DNA from: Candidatus Omnitrophota bacterium
Lineage (GTDB): Bacteria; Omnitrophota; Gorgyraeia; Aquiviventales; Aquiviventaceae
Length of the DNA: 64,000 nt
Direction of reading: 5' to 3'
Assembly (NCBI GenBank): GCA_030697665.1
Contig: JAUYPJ010000080.1
Coordinates: 5,475-69,474, forward strand
A program made the translations under genes and the position numbers. A model generated the notes under the pieces. It was not told where the DNA came from, did no database searches, and saw only the letters and a program-made list of their open reading frames with translations. Positions 60,528 to 64,000 of this stretch are shown piece after piece (within the stretch, counting starts at the first letter, position 1; each line of letters opens with the position of its first letter).

Positions 60528-61649
60528 ATGATGACAATGTCGTGGGCGACTCAGTTACCACCGTGGGTGGGTGACGCGATCTTCTCCATGGTGGCGTTGC
60601 TGGGCAGCTACCTGGTGGGCCAATTCATCAAGGGGGTGGTCTGCCGGAAGCTGGCGGCCGTCGCAAAAAAGACGACCTGGCAGTGGGACGAGGTCGTCAT
60701 CGAGGGGATCCGAACAGGGATCCCGTTCTGGAGCGTCTTGCTCGGTCTCTACATCGCGTTCGGATTCTGGCCGTTGCCAGACCACCTGTCCCATGCGCTG
60801 ACCAACATCCTCTTTGTGTTGGTCGCGCTCTCAGCCACCCTCCTCTTTGCAGGCATCGCCGGCAAGCTGATCGTGCTCTACGGCAGTACCATCCAACAGG
60901 CCCTGCCGGTGACCAGCCTGACCCAGCATATCATCCGGATCATCATCGTCACCATTGGGCTGTTGATGATCCTCAACGGGTTGGGGATCTCCATTGCGCC
61001 CATCCTGACGGCATTGGGCGTTGGCGGGCTGGCGGTGGCCCTGGCGCTTCAGGACACCCTTTCGAACCTGTTTGCCGGTTTCTACGTGACCATGTCCAGG
61101 CAGATCCGGATCGGCGATTACGTCAAGCTGGAGTCCGGCGAAGAAGGCTATGTCACCGACATCGGCTGGCGGGCCACGAAGATCAAGATGCTCCCCAACA
61201 ATGTCGTGCTGGTTCCCAACGTGAAGCTGGCCTCTGCGATCATCACGAACTACTATCTGCCGGACAAGGAGCTTGCCGTCCTGGTGCAGGTGGGGGTGGA
61301 CTATGCGAGCGATCTGGAACACGTCGAGCGCGTCACGGTCGAGGTGGCCAGAGAGGTGATGCAGACGGTGCCAGGCGGCGTGCCCGCCTTCGAGCCCTTC
61401 ATCCGCTATCACACGTTTGCCGACTTCAGCATCAACTTCACCGTGATCTTGCGGGCCAAAGAGTTCGTCGACCAGTACCTCCTCACGCATGAGTTCGTCA
61501 AGCGGCTCCACACGCGGTATGACCAAGAAGGCATTACGATTCCGTTTCCCATCCGCACGATCCACATGCAACCGGCCGAGCGGTCTCAGGCAGCACCACC
61601 TGCCAGCGATTCGCGCTCAGGCCAACAAACGGAGGTGACGCGTGGCTGA
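60528..61649 (+). CDS. mechanosensitive ion channel (MscS family)
   Basis: TM helices followed by the LSNLFAGFYV...IRIGDYV MscS beta-domain signature. Confidence 0.9.
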   Translation: MMTMSWATQLPPWVGDAIFSMVALLGSYLVGQFIKGVVCRKLAAVAKKTTWQWDEVVIEGIRTGIPFWSVLLGLYIAFGFWPLPDHLSHALTNILFVLVALSATLLFAGIAGKLIVLYGSTIQQALPVTSLTQHIIRIIIVTIGLLMILNGLGISIAPILTALGVGGLAVALALQDTLSNLFAGFYVTMSRQIRIGDYVKLESGEEGYVTDIGWRATKIKMLPNNVVLVPNVKLASAIITNYYLPDKELAVLVQVGVDYASDLEHVERVTVEVAREVMQTVPGGVPAFEPFIRYHTFADFSINFTVILRAKEFVDQYLLTHEFVKRLHTRYDQEGITIPFPIRTIHMQPAERSQAAPPASDSRSGQQTEVTRG

Positions 61650-62622
61650 CTTCGAGTCCCCTGAAGACATCCTGAGGAGCGGCCAAGTCCAGCGGCTGCT
61701 GAAAGGGCTGCCGGCGATTGGGGCGCTGGTGCTGCTGCTCTCGGCGGCGTTGACGAGCTTTTACTCGATCGGGCCGGATGAAGCCGGCGTGGTGTTGCGA
61801 TTCGGCAAGTATGTGCGGACGACCACGCCAGGCCTCCATGTGAAGATGCCGCTGTTGGTGGAGCGGGCCATCCCCATCAAGGTCAAGCGGATCTTCAAGG
61901 AGGAGTTCGGGTTTCGCGCGGAGGCTCAAGGGACGCGGCAAGCGCGCTCAGACTTCTACCGGGACGAATCCCTGATGCTCACCGGGGACCTGAACGTCCT
62001 GGAGGTCCGCTGGATCGTCCAGTTTCAGATCAAGGACCCGGTGCAGTTTTTGTTCCGGGTCCGAGATCCGCGCGACACCATCCGGGACATCTCCGAGGCG
62101 GTCATGCGGCGGGTCACCGGCGACTACGCGGTGGATGAGGTCCTGACGATCAAACGGGCTGAGATCGACGTGGAGGCGCAGGAGGAGCTCCAGCGGATCC
62201 TCGACAGCTATGGGGCGGGACTGCAAATCATCACGGTGAAATTACAGGATGTGACTCCTCCCGATCGGGTGCAACCGGCGTTCAATGAGGTCAACGAGGC
62301 CAAGCAGGAAAAAGAGCGGGTGATCAACCAGGCCTGGGAAGCCTACAACAAGGTCATCCCCAAGGCCAAAGGCGAGGCCGAAAAGACGATCCGCGAGGCG
62401 GAAGGCTACGCCGTGGATGTGGTCAATCGCGCCAAGGGGGAGGCGCAACGCTTCCTGGCCACCTGGGAGGCGTACCGCCAGGCCCCGGAGGTGACCCGCA
62501 AGCGCCTCTATCTCGATGCGATGGCGCAGGTGCTGGCGACCTCGAAGCAGAAGTACATTATCGATCCCAGCCAACAGGCGTTACTTCCACTCTTGCAGTT
62601 TCAGAAGGGAGGAGCGGAATGA
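61642..62622 (+). CDS. hflK: FtsH protease modulator HflK
   Basis: SPFH/band-7 domain. GTG start after GGAGGTGA. Paired with hflC. Confidence 0.9.
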   Translation: MADFESPEDILRSGQVQRLLKGLPAIGALVLLLSAALTSFYSIGPDEAGVVLRFGKYVRTTTPGLHVKMPLLVERAIPIKVKRIFKEEFGFRAEAQGTRQARSDFYRDESLMLTGDLNVLEVRWIVQFQIKDPVQFLFRVRDPRDTIRDISEAVMRRVTGDYAVDEVLTIKRAEIDVEAQEELQRILDSYGAGLQIITVKLQDVTPPDRVQPAFNEVNEAKQEKERVINQAWEAYNKVIPKAKGEAEKTIREAEGYAVDVVNRAKGEAQRFLATWEAYRQAPEVTRKRLYLDAMAQVLATSKQKYIIDPSQQALLPLLQFQKGGAE

Positions 62623-63584
62623 TGCGATTCGTCTCTGTGCTGATGGTGATCGGCATCTTCGGAGCCCTGGTGCTGGCCGGCGGGGTGTTCTACGTCGTGA
62701 ACGAAGCTCACCAGGTGGTCATTACCCAGTTCGGCGAGCCCATCGGGGAGCCGGTCACGAAGGCGGGCCTCCATCTGAAAACCCCCTTCATCCAGCAGGC
62801 GCATTACTTTGACAAGCGGCTCATCGAATGGGACGGGATCCCGACGCAGATTCCGACGAAGGACAAGAAGTTCATCTTCATCGATGAGCTGGCCCGCTGG
62901 CGCATCACCGATCCGCTGCTCTTCATGCAGACCGTTGGCAACGAGCTGGGCGCCCAGGCCCGGTTGAACGACATCATCGCCTCCGCCACCCGCGACGTCG
63001 TCACCGGCCACATCCTGCAGGAGATGGTCCGCTCCTCCAACCGGCTGCTGGATGAGCCCCTCGAGACGGGCGAGGACATCATCCTGCCGGCCGAGGTGGG
63101 GGAGCGCATCACGAAAGGACGTAACGAGCTCACGCGCCTGATCCTGGCGCGGGCCTCTGAGCTGGTCCCCAGCTACGGGATCGAGCTGGTCGATATGCGG
63201 ATCAAGCGGGTCAACTACATCGAGGAGGTCCGCCAGAAGATCTACGACCGGATGATCGCCGAGCGCAAGCAGGCGGCCGAGAAGTCCCGCTCCGAAGGCC
63301 AGGGCAAGCGGGCCGAGATCGAGGGCCAGATGGAGAAGGAGCTGAAGCGGATCACCTCCGAGGCGTACCGCACCGCCCAGGAAATCAAAGGCCAGGCCGA
63401 TGCGGAGGCCACCCAGGTCTATGCCGAGGCGTTCAACAAGGATCCTGAGTTCTACACGTTTGTGAAGACCCTGGAGACCTACCGGTCCACCGTGGACGAG
63501 CACAGCACGCTCATCCTCACCACCGACAGCGACTACTTCCGCTACCTCAAACGACTGACCGGCAGCGCTTCCGACGCCAAGTAA
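62619..63584 (+). CDS. hflC: FtsH protease modulator HflC
   Basis: SPFH domain. ATGA overlap with hflK. Confidence 0.9.
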   Translation: MMRFVSVLMVIGIFGALVLAGGVFYVVNEAHQVVITQFGEPIGEPVTKAGLHLKTPFIQQAHYFDKRLIEWDGIPTQIPTKDKKFIFIDELARWRITDPLLFMQTVGNELGAQARLNDIIASATRDVVTGHILQEMVRSSNRLLDEPLETGEDIILPAEVGERITKGRNELTRLILARASELVPSYGIELVDMRIKRVNYIEEVRQKIYDRMIAERKQAAEKSRSEGQGKRAEIEGQMEKELKRITSEAYRTAQEIKGQADAEATQVYAEAFNKDPEFYTFVKTLETYRSTVDEHSTLILTTDSDYFRYLKRLTGSASDAK

Positions 63585-63611
63585 GGCCCACCGTGAAGCA
63601 GACGACGCTGC

Positions 63612-63791
63612 ATGACCGGTCCTCCATTCGCCGACAGCGAGGAGCCGCCGTCTGAGGGGCCGGAGGGCTGGCGGCCTCCGGTGCCGTGCCCGCAGTGCGG
63701 CCAGACGCAGACCCGGTTTGTGGAGATGCGCTACGAGATGTCCGTGTACGAGTGCGAGCTCTGTCAGCTTCAATTCGAGGCGGATGCGTAA
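63612..63791 (+). CDS. hypothetical 59-aa zinc-ribbon protein
   Basis: Hand translation gives CPQC-x19-CELC, a pair of CxxC motifs. Confidence 0.4.
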   Translation: MTGPPFADSEEPPSEGPEGWRPPVPCPQCGQTQTRFVEMRYEMSVYECELCQLQFEADA

Positions 63792-63806
63792 GGACATGTC
63801 GTCATC

Positions 63807-64000
63807 ATGCGGATCACGCTCCGGCTGATTCTTTCACTCGTGGTGGCGGCCTCTGCGGTCGTCTTCGTCTCCGCAGGCTACCAGGCCCGGCAGGAACAGG
63901 CGCGTCTCCAGGAAGAGTTGGAGCGGAGAGCGGCGATCTTAGCCGACACCTTGCAGGAACTGGCCGAACCGCTGATCGTTGGCAGCGAGCGGTTGGCTGA
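63807..64000 (+). CDS. hypothetical membrane-anchored protein, 3' end outside window
   Basis: MRITLRLILSLVVAASAVVFVSAGYQARQEQARLQEELERR stays open to the window end. This is a different frame from track ORF 63686..64000. Confidence 0.4.
   Translation, partial: MRITLRLILSLVVAASAVVFVSAGYQARQEQARLQEELERRAAILADTLQELAEPLIVGSERLA

Noticed and set aside
63686-64000. A track ORF running to the window end
   Set aside because: It has an Arg/Gly-rich shadow composition. The alternative frame from ATG 63807 gives a plausible signal-anchor plus coiled sequence and follows the zinc-ribbon ORF sensibly.

Overview
This is a GC-rich bacterial chromosomal segment with a strong third-position G/C bias, so the six-frame track contains many long antisense shadow ORFs. 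I count about 60 credible genes.

Core blocks, in order:
- an amidinotransferase-fold plus LOR/SDH (TIGR00300) arginine-catabolism pair
- an SDR epimerase and a CcsA-type cytochrome c biogenesis protein
- an ECF sigma factor with a putative anti-sigma factor, and a CDP-alcohol phosphatidyltransferase
- a GldG/DUF4340 ABC-2 exporter
- a lipoprotein / MoxR / DUF58 / BatA / VWA operon, followed by a PDZ protein
- lexA, DUF819, NlpC/P60, an MsbA-like exporter and an aquaporin
- MoeB-rhodanese, a DsrE-like protein, sulfite reductase and siroheme decarboxylase
- an aldo/keto reductase and a radical SAM protein
- rpoN, a histidine kinase and an NtrC-type regulator
- an amidase with several peptidoglycan-binding lipoproteins
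- MscS and HflKC

Four visibly AT-richer accessory islets interrupt this backbone:
1. 1-1330: a PD-(D/E)xK-like ORF plus ParE/Phd.
2. 8.8-11.4 kb: a type II RM system (HTH controller, methylase, endonuclease).
3. 26.5-36.7 kb: HepT/MntA, HigA with a toxin stub, an IS630, and a six-gene minus-strand array (LexA-like repressor, BcgI-like nuclease-methylase, S subunit, MBL, 4-TM protein, MBL). This array is my best candidate for an undescribed defence module.
4. 57.5-60.4 kb: AbiEi, an internally deleted AbiEii and an IS4-family element.

Non-coding highlights:
- three anti-SD/SD inverted-repeat clamps flanked by ATGA, each between consecutive operon genes, with one compensatory base change
- a pervasive family of hairpins built from tandem 6-9 nt units
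- a duplicated structured-RNA-like leader whose stem covaries

No rRNA, tRNA or CRISPR array was found.
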